In this document: positions 13,091-27,820 of the stretch, in pieces | Layout of the letters: each line of letters opens with the position of its first letter | How positions within the stretch are numbered: position 1 is the stretch's first letter | DNA from: Eledone cirrhosa | Lineage: Eukaryota | Reading direction: 5' to 3' | DNA length: 64,000 nucleotides | Assembly (NCBI GenBank): GCA_964016885.1 | Contig: OZ024743.1 | Span: 215,140,001 to 215,204,000, forward strand | Position numbers and translations under genes: made by a program | Notes under the pieces: generated by a model | What the model saw: the letters and a program-made list of their open reading frames with translations, nothing else | What the model was told of the DNA's origin: nothing | The model's database searches: none

Positions 13091-14035
13091 GGAGTAAGAT
13101 ATCGGCGTTAGACATGTTAATGTTGCATTTTGCAATTACCTAATTATCAGATACTGTGAAGAAATAAATATTAAAGAAGCAGTATATACATTTCAATATA
13201 ATGTTGCATATGTTTAAATAGTGAGACTTATACTGATATCAGGTATTACTTTCTTTACGCTGAAATGTGCTGGTGAAAGAGGTGATCTTTGTTATGAGAA
13301 CCATTTGTCATATTGATATTAAACGTTTTCAATTCACCCCAAGCACTAAATCTATTTCGCACACTCTTCACAATTTATTAAATCAAACCGTTGTTTGCCA
13401 AAGTAAATTTACAATTAAATTTTCAGACATGAAAACAATAAATGGGAGTAGAAAAGAGAAAATGAAAAATAGATTTAGGTGAAAACAATAGACGTAACTG
13501 AGAAGGGTGAATGAGTGAGATTGGGTACGAGTTCAGGGGTTAACGTTATTTAGATAAGTTTGAAGTATGTTATAACGTGTATCGGTCAAAGCACTAATCG
13601 TTGTATTTTCTTGCCGTACGAATGGAATATACTACGAGGATTTCAACTACGATGAATGAAGATGAATTAAGAATCTGCATTGAAGCAAATAGTATAAAAA
13701 GATAAATTGTTACATTGTGGAAAAGCAATTTAGACATGATCGATATTTATTTTCACTGCTTCACTGCAATGCCAGCTACACACACTGGAACTGAGCCCAT
13801 ACAGGTTTGGAGTGTTTACCTTACCGCTTAAAAGGTTAAAAAGTCACATTTTATACATTAATATGAAAAACGAACGATTTCACTCATGTTGCAAAAGTGA
13901 TACAGCAAGAGATAGGAAAGCCTGAATCCCTATTAATCATAAACATATACTGACTTCAAACAGGCAATATGTGCAAGTTTTTTACTCGGAAATCATTGTA
14001 TATATATATCCAGTGATTACAAACACACACACACA

Positions 14036-14067
<32 letters not shown>

Positions 14068-14072
14068 GAGAC

Positions 14073-14108
<36 letters not shown>

Positions 14109-14184
14109 TTATTTGTATATATTAAAAAGTGCGATAGCTGCCAATGAGTGTGATCAAAGTTATATCGGTATAAATACATCGATT

Positions 14185-14275
14185 GTAACTGAAAGTGAAC
14201 CAACGTGTATAAGTATATCTGAGAGTGAAACAACGTGTATAAATATAACTGAGAGTGAACCAACGTATATATATA
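14185..14275. repeat. 30-bp minisatellite, about 3 copies
   Basis: ctga(a/g)agtgaa(c/a)caacgt(g/a)tata.. repeated at 30-bp spacing. Confidence 0.85.
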
Positions 14276-15609
14276 TATCTAATATGTGTGTGAAACCACA
14301 CTTTCAACCGATTCCTGTTAGAGGGGAGTGTCTCCAAATGATTGGGCTGTGTTGTGGCTGTTTGTATTAAAATTGAAACGAAACCAAATAAACTAGGAAT
14401 TTAATAATAGTTTTTCCTAAATAGTGTTCAGTATAATGTATTTGTTTTGAAGTTTACGTATACAAAGCATTAACAATTGAAACATTATCGAGGAATTCGC
14501 AATTGTTTTGAATGATATTAATAAAAATATAATTTTTTAGTAAATAAATTTCCGTTTGGTGCTTCGACATTTAAATATTACTTCTTAACATATTTTAGTA
14601 TTATATAATTCTAAATCTAATATCTTGCAAAGTCTCTAATTTGATGTCAATTTTATAACGTAGAATGTAGGTGCGGGAAGGGTGGGTGTTTTAGTGTGTA
14701 TTTACAGACACTAAGTCTATACAACAGAAATTGATATTGTAGAAGCAAATCTAAACTTTAAAATTAATAATTTGGAAGAATTTATTTAAGTATATGATGG
14801 GATATATTGCCAATATTTACACTTTTTCCTCGTTAGGATAATACTATATAAATCTCAAATTATCCTGAGGACTTATGCATTAAACATTAAATGTACTTCG
14901 AGAAAAGAAAGATAATTTTCGTAAGCTACAATAATAGGGTAGATGTATTGAATAAATCATGTCTGTTCAAAACTGTCATTTTAAATTACTATCAATTTGG
15001 TAGATGTAAATATTTTGCTTGGTAAACGCGCTAATCTTAATATATACATAGAGTATATATGGGTTTTTGAAAATTAAATGAGGACGTAATTATCGTCAAT
15101 TTAATATTGATTGATGGGTTCAATTTCTGGCTTCATTTTGTAAACATAATTTTAATGAATGCATGCAGGTATGGTCCATAACTCATGAAGGTGTCGTAAA
15201 GGGGCCATATTGAAATAGGGTATTTCTTAGGCAGCTGTAATTCCGGAGGTTTCCAAATATGAATGCAGCAGATTTCTTTAAGAGCAGGATAGATAGCACA
15301 TATGTAGCCAATATGTACGATAAAATAAAGTACCACTGGGAGTCGATTGAATCGACTTTCCCTCACCCCCAATATTGCTGGACTTTTGCCGATATAAGAA
15401 ACTATTATTAGGGATAATATAGTCCATTTATGATTAGTTTTGCTATTATTCCGTGTAAAAGTGTTAAAGGTGTAGTTAATGCCGATGTCGGCGTCGTTAC
15501 TGTCATCACAATCACTATTATTAGATTACCTGTAAATCATTATACTACCTCGTTCTTATAGATTTTAACTGTGTAGCAAGCGTTTTTCGTGCATGCGTAT
15601 TCATCTGGG

Positions 15610-15654
<45 letters not shown>

Positions 15655-16075
15655 AGGGCGGGTAACATTCCCGAGATCCATGGACGAGTTCTCTCCAGCG
15701 GTCTCTGTCCCTCATCGCTGCCATGCCCTGCGTCTCCAACAGACCAGTGTCTGTCCTTAGGGCATCAACATATGTTAACTTCAGTCTTCCTCTTCCGGTA
15801 TGTCCATACTGTAGTAGAGTCTGTGCTGCTATACAGTTCTGAGACTTGTACACTGACCAAAAAACTCACTCAGATGGTGGATGGGTGCTACACGAGAATA
15901 CTGAGGATGGCTCTGAACATTAATCAGTATACACTGAGGATGAAGAACTCAGAGCTGTACGGGAGCATCCCGAAAGTCAGCTCAAAAGTGACACAGAGGT
16001 GACTGAGGTTAGCTGGTGCTCACCTACATCCTGAGGTGACACTGCACTCAGTGCTCCTGTTGGAGCCCCTACATG
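15655..16075. mobile_element. RTE-like LINE 3' fragment with 5' inversion, inserted in (TA)n
   Basis: Plus part encodes VESVLLYSSET..DGCYTRILRMALNI..LLLEPLH; minus part encodes GHTGRGRLKLTYVDAL..MRDRDRWRELV, the natural continuation. Confidence 0.8.
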
Positions 16076-16089
16076 TATATATATATATA

Positions 16090-17122
16090 TATCAACTAGA
16101 AATAGATTGACATATATATATATATATATATATAAAATAAACAATCACAGGGAAAAAATTGTAAATAATGTAAGCACACATAGCTAGGTAGGTACCCAAT
16201 TAAAGTTTAACTAGAACTTCAAATATAGATACCTTTAAAATGATTAATTTCCTTTGTATATATTTCTTTAAGTAAAAAATATATTTCACCAATTAATCAG
16301 TAAATCACATTAGTCAAAGGAGAAGAAATAACTATCTGCGTTTACAAAGCAAATGCAAATCTGTGAATGACTCGTACATCGTGTTGCATTTTTTAAAAAT
16401 ACACACATCGCCCAGCGTCATCCCAGTGGCGTGAATAGGATTATTGACAGCTAGAAATAGCAGCCACGTCCATTCAATTGAGTTAGCTCTACAATTAAGG
16501 GGCCGTATATATATCCAAAATTAAATTAAGGGTTGTCTGTCTGAGAGACATGCGCCATATCCACTGTAGAATAAGCTCAAAGATTCCAATGTTCCGAGCA
16601 TTTCATAGAGCTAACTCAGTTGAATGGACTCGGCTGCTATTTCTAGCTGTCGATAATCCTATTCCCGCCACTGGGGTGACGCTGTGCGATGTGTGTATTT
16701 TTTTAAAAATGCAACATGTGGTTCGAGTCCTTCACAGATTTGCATTTGCTTTGTAAACGCAGATAGTTATTTTCTTCTCCTTTGGTTACCATCAAGGATT
16801 TGACTACTGTGATTTGCAGATTAATTAGTGAAATATATTTTTTACTTAAAGAAATATATACAAAGGAGATTAATCATTTTAAAAGTATCTATATTTGAAG
16901 TTGTAGTTAAACTTTAATTGTTTATCTGCCTAGCTATGTGTGCTTACATTCTTTACAAATTATTCCCTGTGATTGTTCTCTATGTTTATTTTATATATAT
17001 ATATGTCAATTTATTTCTAGTTGATATAAAATGCTCGGATCTATTCATTAGAATCTTTGAGCTTATTCTACTGTGGATATGGTTCATGTCTCTCAGACAT
17101 GACAACCCTTAATTTAATTTTG
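16090..17122. repeat. Interleaved fold-back element A'-B-A-B' bounded by (TA)n
   Basis: 16090-16491 is the reverse complement of 16606-17027; 16517-16603 is the reverse complement of 17029-17122. Confidence 0.9.
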
Positions 17123-17209
<87 letters not shown>

Positions 17210-17611
17210 CTCTGTGTGTGTGTGTGTGTGTGTTTGTATGTTCGTGTGTGTGTACCTGCGTGTGTGCGGGTATCTGTGTGTACATATATGTGTGTGTGTG
17301 TGTAATGTTACCCATCTAACACCTGGACGAATAGTATGCCAATATTCGGCCATATTAAAATGTTTGACCTTGATTATTGAAGTAGAATTTCAAGCACTTT
17401 ACATTCAAACATTGCACATGTTTCTTCCCAAATAACAAAATATGCTACACCGGGCTTCTTTTATACATTAGTCACATTCCATATTTATGCCATATCTTTC
17501 TCTCTAAATATATTTTCCATCGTGAATTATATGTTGTGAGTTAAACATTGGGTTCTATATTAATATGTCCGTTCAAATTTGATAATATCACTGATGTTTA
17601 ATAGGGTGTCA

Positions 17612-17735
17612 TTTAGGCACAAGGCCAACAATTTCGGGAGAAGGGAAAATCGATTAAATCGACCACGGTACGTTACTAGTGCATTTTTATTAACCCCATA
17701 AAAACGAAAGGTAAACTAATATTGGCGTAATTTGG
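17612..17735 (-). mobile_element. Degenerate SINE copy
   Basis: ggcacaaggcca..tcgattaaatcgacc..aaaggtaaactaa. Confidence 0.65.
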
Positions 17736-18769
17736 CACATATATACATATATACATATATGTATACATACTCGTGCATTAGTGTGTATGTGTATATGTAT
17801 GTCTGTGTATGTGTATGTATGTGTGTTTATATGCATGTATGTACGCAAGCATGCATATATGAGTTTAACATCTTACATCGAATTATTTCTGCATTGAAAA
17901 GTTGTGTATAGGTGAGTAAGAACGAGTGTATATATAGAGTAAACATACGACATCATGAGAAAGAGGAGCGGGGTGGATCAAGGGAAAAATACAGACAGTG
18001 AAAGAGAGAAATGGAACTAGAAAGAGGCGTGTACTATTTTACTTTAAAAATTCAACTTTATATTATTTTATATATTATATTTTTCTAATTGTCCATTGAT
18101 CAAATAACCACAATATATATTTAAACATAATTAATGGAACAGGTTATATGCAATCACAATATCAAAGGTGTTAATCATATGCTATATTTATTCCCCATAG
18201 GCAACATATAACCCTGTAATTTGCTATTAAACAGATAATTTAGCTGTAGGTGTGGCAACAGCAAAAATCATGTATATTAATTATAACAATCTTTTCTGTA
18301 TTGGTCACACAACTCCGCACATACAAGTGAAGTTTTAGAAAACGTGGGGGAATATACGTTAACTGTTCATAGTGTTGTGAAACAACATTTCATAATAAAA
18401 TATATTAAGAAAAGTTAGTTTTCCACATAACACAAATGAAAATGACTGTTTATATGCCAGTTACCACACATAAACGCGCGAAAAGTCCCTTCATCAAGAA
18501 TAGCCTGGAATCACACATATCTCACCACCTTTAAAACATACCACTTGAAGAACCTTCGGTTTACAAACTATTTCAAAAAACGCCGTCATGTGTTACGTGT
18601 TCATATATACATACTGCATGTACGCATCCCTACATACATACATGCATACATGCATGCATACATACATGCATACATACATCGTACTACCGCCTTTGACGCC
18701 TTGCTGGCATCCCTTTCCACTCTAGTCTAGTGTTAAAAACGTCTCTGATTTAGACACAATACTAACATT

Positions 18770-18953
18770 TATAAGGACGGGGAAAGTCGATTAAATCAAC
18801 CCTTCTGTGTTAATGGTGCATTTTATCGAACACCGAAGTATGAAAGGTAAGCTAACTTTGGATGGATTTGAACGGAGAACGCAAAGTGACGTAAATCTAT
18901 TCTACGAAGTATGGTGTCCGGCGCTCTACCGATATTGCCAATCTACCACCCTT
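18770..18953 (-). mobile_element. Degenerate SINE copy
   Basis: aagtcgattaaatcaaccc..gctctaccgatattgccaatctaccaccctt matches 45241-45465. Confidence 0.7.
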
Positions 18954-20316
18954 CCATAGTTATATAGCAGAATGTCTCCCATTGAAACAAAATCCGACTC
19001 GACGAGTTGTTATGTCGATTAGGATCAGGCAATTTCAATATTTTCACCCACCAGTTTGTTCTTCTTTTCTTAAACATAATATATGATTTAACAAAAAATA
19101 AAACTAGTCTGCTATACCTCGATGTTGATTAAATATCTGAACAGATAAGTCGACAATTTGCAGTTTACATCGTATAGAATTTGTGTAAAATGGTGCCTTC
19201 GTACTTCCTATATTTTCTTTGTATGTCATAATAATTTCTTTCCAGAAACAAACCATGATTTCATCGCTTTATTATAACCAAAGCATGACACCAATCTCGG
19301 CAGGGAGAATTTATCTGATAATGTATACTTAATTTGTTTAATGTAGTTAATATATTATAAATCTATTTTACATATTTTTTAAATCATGATATATGATTAT
19401 AAAAACATTCTCGAGAAATATCTCCTTTTCTCGTTGTCGTCTAACATGCATGGAATGCTATTCGGTTGTGTTCTGTAAATCATTGATTCTAAGTTACCTG
19501 TTAAGACTTGTCCGTGTGTCATAGGTTTCCTTCGTGTCACATCAGTTTTCTTTGTTGATTATAATATTACATATCTATTAATTTTAAGGATGTGTCTCTA
19601 AATATGTTTACGTATGTGCGGTAGGTGAGTGATTAAATATTTTTAAAAATAATTATTTGGCTGCATAATATGCGAAGTTCATAACACATGGTATTAATTT
19701 TCATAACTGATGGTAATGTTCGCATAATTCAAATGACCAGCTTAAATAAAGACATGATATTTGGTTTTGTATTTTGTTTAGCCTTATAGGAATAAGGTAC
19801 ACATCTGATTTATTCATCTACAACTTATTTCCATTTACAATCAAATGTCATTAAGCATAATTAGCCAAATTATTTTTGAATATCAGAGAAACTAAACGTC
19901 TTGAATATTATGAAGATATAGTGAATATATATACTTGCCTAAAGCTCGCATATCTATATTAGAAACGATGTTATATTATCTAGCAAGACCTAATCTATAG
20001 ATTGGATTGCCTCGGAAACCTATCCTTATTGCATAAGATATTGTCAGATGATATAGTGTGACTAGTTGCGTGATTGTACCATCATGTATAAACGATGGCC
20101 TTTAAAATATTTATCACAGCGTTGTTAATATAAGATTTATGCACATAAATTCGCATTCTCCATCATTATTCTTTCTCTCGCCCCCTCTCTCTCTCCCTCT
20201 CTCTCTCCATTTTTATATATATATATATATATATATATTCAGTAGTTAAGAAAATAAAGACCACAAGCTCATATATATATATATGAACTTGTGGTATATA
20301 TGTATATAACATATAA

Positions 20317-20893
20317 TGTAAGAAGAAATTATAGACACAAATATATACCTATTATTTCTCAATGTCCCGACTGTACAGTTTCGCAGGTCACTATGCAAAA
20401 ATCTGATGTCATATAGATGTAATATTGCTGAGAGTTAAGCCAGCTTTTCAAGGGAGCAACTCAGGGAAAGAGCGCTAACTAGACACGTCCGTAGCATGAG
20501 AGAAAATCTCAAGAAGGCAGAGGGAGGCCCTATCACGTGATACACCGGTAGAGTAACCACGGAATTATAGAGACTGCTTTCAATCAAACACTATATACAC
20601 TTTCAGTCAATCTTACCACCCCACTGTAGCCTCTGTATCATATTTAGCCCCCAATCTTGACCGGTATATCACGTGATAGTGTCTCCCTCCGCCTTTTTGA
20701 GATTTTCTCGCATGCTACGGACGTGTCTAGTTAGCGCTCTTTCCCTGAGGTGCTCCTTTGAAAAGCTGACTTATCTCACACCAATATTACATCTCTATGA
20801 TATAAGATTTTTGCATAGTGACCAGCGGAACTGTACAGTCGGGACATTGAGGAAATAATAGGTATATATTTGTGTCTATTATTTCTTCTTACA
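20317..20893. repeat. Fold-back element with ~235-bp arms and a degenerate HHR in each arm
   Basis: 20317-20549 inverts 20660-20893. Right arm reads ttcc CTGAGGT gct..agc GGAA ctgtacag TC ggga; the left arm keeps GAAA. Confidence 0.85.
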
Positions 20894-21090
20894 AAGGGCG
20901 TTGGATTGCAGTAGCGGTAGAGAGTCGGACACCATGCTTTGAAGCATAGAGTTACGTCCCTTTATGATCTGAGTTCAAATCCCGCCGCGTTTAATTTTGC
21001 CTTTTATCCTTACGGGGTCGATAAAATAAAGTACCAGTAATGTACTGGTCATTGCTGGTCTAGTGCCAAAAGTCGAAACAATTATTTCTT
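20894..21090 (+). mobile_element. Octopus-type SINE (partial extra 3' copy at ~21285-21360)
   Basis: ctgagttcaaatcccgcc..gccttttatccttacggggtcgataaaataaagtaccag..gtgccaaaagtcgaaacaattatt. Confidence 0.85.
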
Positions 21091-21359
21091 ATTACTTTAT
21101 AATATGTTACACAGCTCTGATATTGAGTCAATTTAATTATTTCGATTATCTTGTCTCTCATAATCATAGAGCAACACAGATTAAGGTCGACAACACATAA
21201 TCTCACATAGTTGTGAAAAATATGTTTATATATACATGCATATGTATGCACATATATCTGTGTACCTCTCATTATTATATGTATACGGGGTCGATAAAAT
21301 AAAGTACCAGTAATGCACTGGTTAACTGCTGGCCTTGTGCCTAAAGTCTAAACAATTAT

Positions 21360-21391
<32 letters not shown>

Positions 21392-21699
21392 GGGGTGGGG
21401 GTGCCTGGGTGTGTCTGTGTGAGTGACCGTGTGCATTTGTATGCGTGTGTGAGGGAGTAGCAGTACTTGATACTGCAAGCAAACACATTATAATGAATTC
21501 AATAGAGGATGCGGCACTCTATTGTATGTGTATAGACAACCAGCGGCTGTGATTTTGAAGTTTGATGATGGTTGGTGCCAGATGATGTAAGGAATAAAGC
21601 TGAATTATAATCCCCTATTTTATATCTGCATTTCTGTAATCTGGATAATCATTTGAACTTTTTGACTCCCTTTCATTGAACCACATATAAATCTAACAA

Positions 21700-21995
21700 T
21701 AGTCGGTTACGACGTATAGTGACCCAGGTGATGTGATCAACAGAACAACCTGCTCCTGAAATTATCATGAAACAGCCTAAGCATTCCACACATACCCATA
21801 ACGTAGTTCTCGGGGAGATTTTGTGTAACAAAGGCTGCGACAAGGCGGGCAATTCTATTTACAGGTACAATTTATTTTTGCCAGCTGCATTGTCTGGCGT
21901 TACGTGAAATAAACATGTCGTGCTCAAGGAAGCAACGCGTCGCTGGGAATCGATCTCACGTCTTTATGATCGTAAGCCAAATACACTAACCCCCG
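21700..21995 (-). mobile_element. tRNA-derived SINE of a second family
   Basis: Minus strand begins ggttagtgt..gagatcgattcccagc (A/B-box like) followed by ttccttgagcacgac. Confidence 0.55.
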
Positions 21996-24835
21996 AGGTG
22001 TAAACTTTCACGTTTAACCACATTAACACACAACATATCGAGCTTTTCTGATCAGTGTTCCCCACTTAGCATATTCCAAATCCATCGTCAACGAAAACAC
22101 CAACTATTTGATGTTAGCAAATATTCTTGGTTCTGCTCTTTCTTTGTTAGCATTAATTTACTTGTTGATACTATTCTATCTATTTGCCGTATGCGTGCTG
22201 AAGTATTCCGTGGTATCTCGTAACAGCTGCCATAATGATTCCAATTTTTGTCATTTATGAAATCTTGATACATGCCAGTAATATCGCAATTGAATATTAC
22301 TGTAATCTACATAGAGTATGAGAAAGTAAATCATGTTGAATGAGATACCTACTATCTTTGTATTATCTGGAAGCAGCGGTATAATTGCTAAGATAAAGAA
22401 AGTGATCTCACATGTAAAACTTAGATTATCGTAAGTACAGGAAGAATGATTTTCTGTCACCTTGCATGGAAATAGTGTGATATAATTTAATACGAAAGCG
22501 AAGGGTCGTTTAATATGAACGGAATGAAGAAATTAAATACAGAAAACGGAAAAGAGATATAAACGTACTTTTTAAACTAATATTTTATTAGATATATATA
22601 TTCGATACATAAAATCAAAACCAGATATATAGGCTACCTAAGAGGGTTTTTCGCGTACCATGTTATACACAACGGTATAGGCACATTGTCTAATCAAACG
22701 TATTATTATAGCAAATATTCGGATATTTGAATTGGAAAACAAAAAAAAAAAGAGAAATAGAACAGATACTTAGATGTGTTATCAGCATCAAATGTGCATA
22801 TCAACAATATTTGACGTCCAATAAAATAGTGCTAACTTCCTATAGATACAATATAGGAAAATAAACAGCACTAGCATCTAGTTCGAATTCGCGCAGGAAG
22901 TGCGCCTAATATAATGTTTTAAATTTTGTATAGATTTTATCAATAATGATATAAGCTCGCAGTAGTTATCCAACTATGGATTCTAAACGTTAAATAAAGC
23001 ATACTTGAGAACACATGTTCCCCACAAAAATGTATGGTTAGAGTGTGAAGGGAAGTATTTTTAAACTGGATGGAATCTGTGCAGAATAGGTCAGATTATA
23101 ATGCCGTAATGGGGCGGGGTAACTCCTAGTAGACAGTTGTAGGGGAGATAACTTTGACAATCGATCCCTTTATTGCTAATATAAGAAAAAACAATGTCAT
23201 TTCTTTTTTCTTAGTTAACCAAATTAAACAATTACTAGTGATGCCATGTTAAATTAATTTTTATGTTCTAAGATTGTCAAAATGTTTGCACTATTATTAT
23301 AGGCAATAACAAATAATTTATTAGAAATTTAAATATCTCACCTAATAACAATTTCAAAATATATCCATTAGAGTTTTTTTTAAGTATCCGGCTTTATATG
23401 ATATTTTATATAATATTCTATTGCAAAATACATTTTCGAATTTGAATAGATTATTGGTGCCTTATTAAATCACCTGAACATCCATTAAATTATTCTAATT
23501 TCATATCATTCGAAAAATGGAAATCGTTTACATGAAATATTACCTTCGGGTTCATTTGCAAACACTATAAAATATTTTATGTAGTAACATCATCACATTT
23601 TCACGAATGTTTTCCACATTTATGACTATTTATCTTAACTAGTCAAAAGCAATTTAGTATCCATCTGTCTTCCAGACTCTCCAATCTCGAATATCCGTGA
23701 CAGTGCACAGCAACGATACAAAATATATAACAGGAGATTTATTGAATGCTATTTTTAATTCCTATTCATTGAATTAGGAAAAGGGAATTTTACTGTTAAT
23801 GTTAATTTGTGTGACGTCTCACAATTACAGTAGACTATTACATACTACCTTTCCCAATTAATTTTTATCCGCATAACATGTCTTCAGAATTAGCACATTA
23901 ATTATATGGGCAAACTAGATTATGTTGTAAAACATTAAACTGGTATTTTACTTCACGTACATTTAGATCGAAAATATATTTAAATTAATTCAAATACAGA
24001 TGAATATCTTATGTGTTGGGGAAATATTCAACATCGATGAGAAATATGAATTCACCAATAACCATCTAGATGGAAGTAATACAATACTGATATAGTTATG
24101 ATATAAATATTAGTCGTCGAAATGGTTACTATAAAAAATTCAATCTCATCTTCGTATAGTATGATATATTTGCTACCTTTCCCCCAATCAATTATTGATT
24201 TAAGTTTTTAATAATCATGTTCCGTGGCTTACAATCACGTTCGTTCTAATATCAAATGTCGTTGTAATACTAAAAGAGAAGGCTCTCTTGTTGCCATATA
24301 ATTGGATTTCACTTACCTCGAATAAAAAAATTCTGGTACACTATATCCAAATTGAAAATATATGTATTTTGGATAAGAATGCATTATTTTAATGGATTAT
24401 TTATTAATTCCGTAAAACAGACTAATTTCTCCAGTCTCTAAAGTGTGACAGTACGTTGCAAAATGCAAAAGAATATACAATTTAAGCAAGCAATATTTTC
24501 AATAACTCCCCCATTCTGACATTTATATTTTATTCATTGTTGAGCTAATATAGTATCTCACTGGTTTACTGAACTCACTGAATTACAAAAGTGTGTGTTA
24601 ATTTGATTAGGCTAATGTAAAATCAAAATAAGTCAAATATGTGTTGCCCTCAAATTGTAATTAGTAAAATCCCACATAACACTAGATTTACAGTCGCGTG
24701 CGTCCTGGGGAAATTGCTCGCCAGCAGGTGGCTGGATAAGTAAGGGCGCAACTCAGGCTTTATCTTATGCACCTTCTTTCTCGTGTGTATTTTCTGCTGA
24801 ATTTTTATCGAAAACAGATGTGCAGGTAATATATA

Positions 24836-25350
24836 TACTAGTCAAATTACCCGCACTATGCTGCGCCTCACAGATATTTTTTGTAAGAAAATGATGATTG
24901 ATTTTAAATCAGTGATATAATTTATGGAGAAAAACTCTGCATTTAAATATTACTCAATGTAAAATGTAATTCATGAACAATTGTAAAACATTATTTTTTG
25001 CAATATATCAAATCAAAATTACATTATTAAATCTTATTCTTATTTTATTTCTTGTAAATATATTTTTTTCCAAATATCTATTCAAAACTTTTGTGAATAG
25101 GCATCCTATCTTATCACTTACCGTTGGTTTAAATTTCATATACATCGAAAGGAAAAGATTTTCAGCGGGGGTTTTGTGCCCCCGGTGAACCCTTTGATTA
25201 AAATGAAATATACTTATCCAAGTACCCTGGGTAATGAACTTTCAGAATATATATGGTTATGGGGGCCTATCCAAAACCATAGGAGTAGTTCGTGAATAAA
25301 CAAACAAACAAACAAACAAAAAAACAGACAGGAATACAACTCTATATATA
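24836..25350 (+). mobile_element. Possible non-autonomous Helitron/Helentron-like element
   Basis: Starts actagtcaaattacccgc, has an internal hairpin cgggggttttgtgcccccg and a subterminal (CAAA)n, and ends in ..ctatatata. Confidence 0.4.
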
Positions 25351-27638
25351 TTGATTATCTACACGTGAGCTTTTATTCCATTTTGAAAAACAACTCAGAA
25401 ACAAAAGATATGCGAGTATGATTCATTTTTCGCCTTCCGTATAAATAAATGAGTAATAGACGTGCTTTAAAATTCCTGAGGTGTCTGGTCATTCTTCTAA
25501 ATTAATAATTTTGCCATGCAGTGATCGCTTGCTGTATGGGCCCGAATCATATAGGAAACATATATAGGAAACATATCTAAATGCTAGATAGTCCCTACAA
25601 GAGGGGTCTTATGAATAATACATAGAAAAATAACGTTTGAAATAAACATATATTTCAAGACTATGATGAAAAGATCTTTGGGCCATTCTTGGGGCAGTCT
25701 CAATTAGATTGATTTTATCTCAGAAAATGTAAACAAGAATGTTGAAATCGGCTTTCATTTATATATCAATAAATGTGGTCATTCTCCTACTTATTAAGTT
25801 TCTAATCAATACAAGAAAAATGAAACTAATAAATGATATAGTTTCATTCATATGCCAAGGAATGACATGTAACAAAATATGCATAACCAATTATAGTGTA
25901 TAAGAAACCAATTGCAGCGTTAGAAGAATGATACTGATTTAAATAGGGAATATAAAATTAATTAAATTAGTGCCTAACTTATGTTGTTTAACTCTTCAAA
26001 ACGTTCTACCGAAAATAACCTTACAAATGGGCTGAACTACAAATGTCACCGTCTGCTTGCGCTGTTTCATTTTACCACGAATATACTTTTATTGGCTTTA
26101 TTTTTTTAAATGTACGTTTGAATAGAGACAACCTAAAATGTATTACCCTGAATATAATGAATGTAATGATGGAGGAGTTTATGGGGATGTGCTGGCAATG
26201 GTGCTGGAGCTGGAATTGGCAGCTGTGGTGAGTAAAAAGTGACTGGGAACAAAAGGTGTGTTTACGTTATGCGAAAAAATATATATCAAATTTACCCAAT
26301 TTTTTTGACACCTTTTCGACAATATTTTGATACTATTTTATAAATGATTTTGTGGAAAATATTTAAAAAATGTTTATAAACATTTTTTCAAATATCCTTT
26401 TGTAAATATTTGTGAAAAGTCTTGATTAATTTTTCCGAAGAATTTTGAAAGTATTGAGCATTTTTTTTGAAAAAAATTCTTTAAATTATGTTTAGATTTG
26501 AAGAAAATTTTTCGTGAAAGATTTTGATTAGGGATAACTTTCGAGAAATTTTCAATAACATTTTAAAACACAATTTTAAAAAACATTAAAATCAATACTG
26601 TTAGAAACATTATGAATTTATTTGATAACAAATGTGAAGCAATTTTTGGCGTGAAACATTTTGAAATAATGGACAATATAATTTCAAGAAAGTTTTGAGA
26701 AACGTTTTGGAAAATTAGGGGAAAACTCTTGATGAATTTAAGTTGAAAGAGTTTTGCATATATTTCGATAAAATTTTAAAGAATTTTCTGAAGAAACTGT
26801 ATGGAAAATTTGTAAGAAAATTTTTGAGAAATGTTAGAACATTTTTTATGGAATAAAGTATTATGGATAGTATTAAGAAAAAATTTAGATTTGATGAAGG
26901 TTTTTGTAAAAAATGAGATATATAATTGAGTCAACTTTTTAAATCCAGAAAACAAACTTATAGAAAACATTTCAACATCGTTTGTAAAAAATGTTGGTAA
27001 ATTATGGGACAAATTTCGAGTGTTCAGGTTACCTGAATGGAAAATTTGTAACGTTTGAAATAACATTCAACGACATTTTCTCAAATATTTTAAGAATTGT
27101 CATAAAATTGAATGAGAATAATCTTCTTTTTTTTTAAAACCTCAAGTACTTTTGAAAGTTCTACTCAATAATCGTCTTTCCAACTTTTCCCAAATCATTC
27201 TTGAAACATCTTCTTGAAAAATGTCTTAAATATTTAAATGAAAATTAACTAAAAAATCCCCTATAATTTAATGAGCTCACGATATAGATACCGGTCTCCA
27301 TATAAGACAGTATATAAAGAAAATACACAAAGAGGTATTTGTTCAACTACAGGGTATATAATACCTCCGAAGTGAAAATCACATTATCTACGAACAGAAT
27401 GTGAGCCTTTATCTTCGTTTTTTAAATTTGATATATTAGCTCCTGATTCATTTCTATATATAAGTAGAGCTTAAACGTAATAGTATGTGCGTCTACATGG
27501 AAATACGAACACACACATATAAACGTGTGATCTTGTGCTCAAACATGCGCACACACAGGCACAAAATCACACATGTACTCAAAAATAATGTAAAATCTAT
27601 ATATACACGCATGTATATACCTCTATACACATATACAC

Positions 27639-27701
<63 letters not shown>

Positions 27702-27820
27702 GATATATATATATATAGAGAGAGAGATATCCCAGTAGGTACTAGGTATACACGGAAATATATATGGTGTCTATAATAGTGGTTGTTCTATGGTACTAAT
27801 TTGAGATACCAGAACTGTAA

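Noticed and set aside
14185-14275. CRISPR-like regular repeats
   Set aside because: Plain tandem minisatellite with no unique spacers, in a eukaryotic context.
20894-21090. tRNA genes within SINE heads
   Set aside because: Only box-like motifs; no complete cloverleaf.
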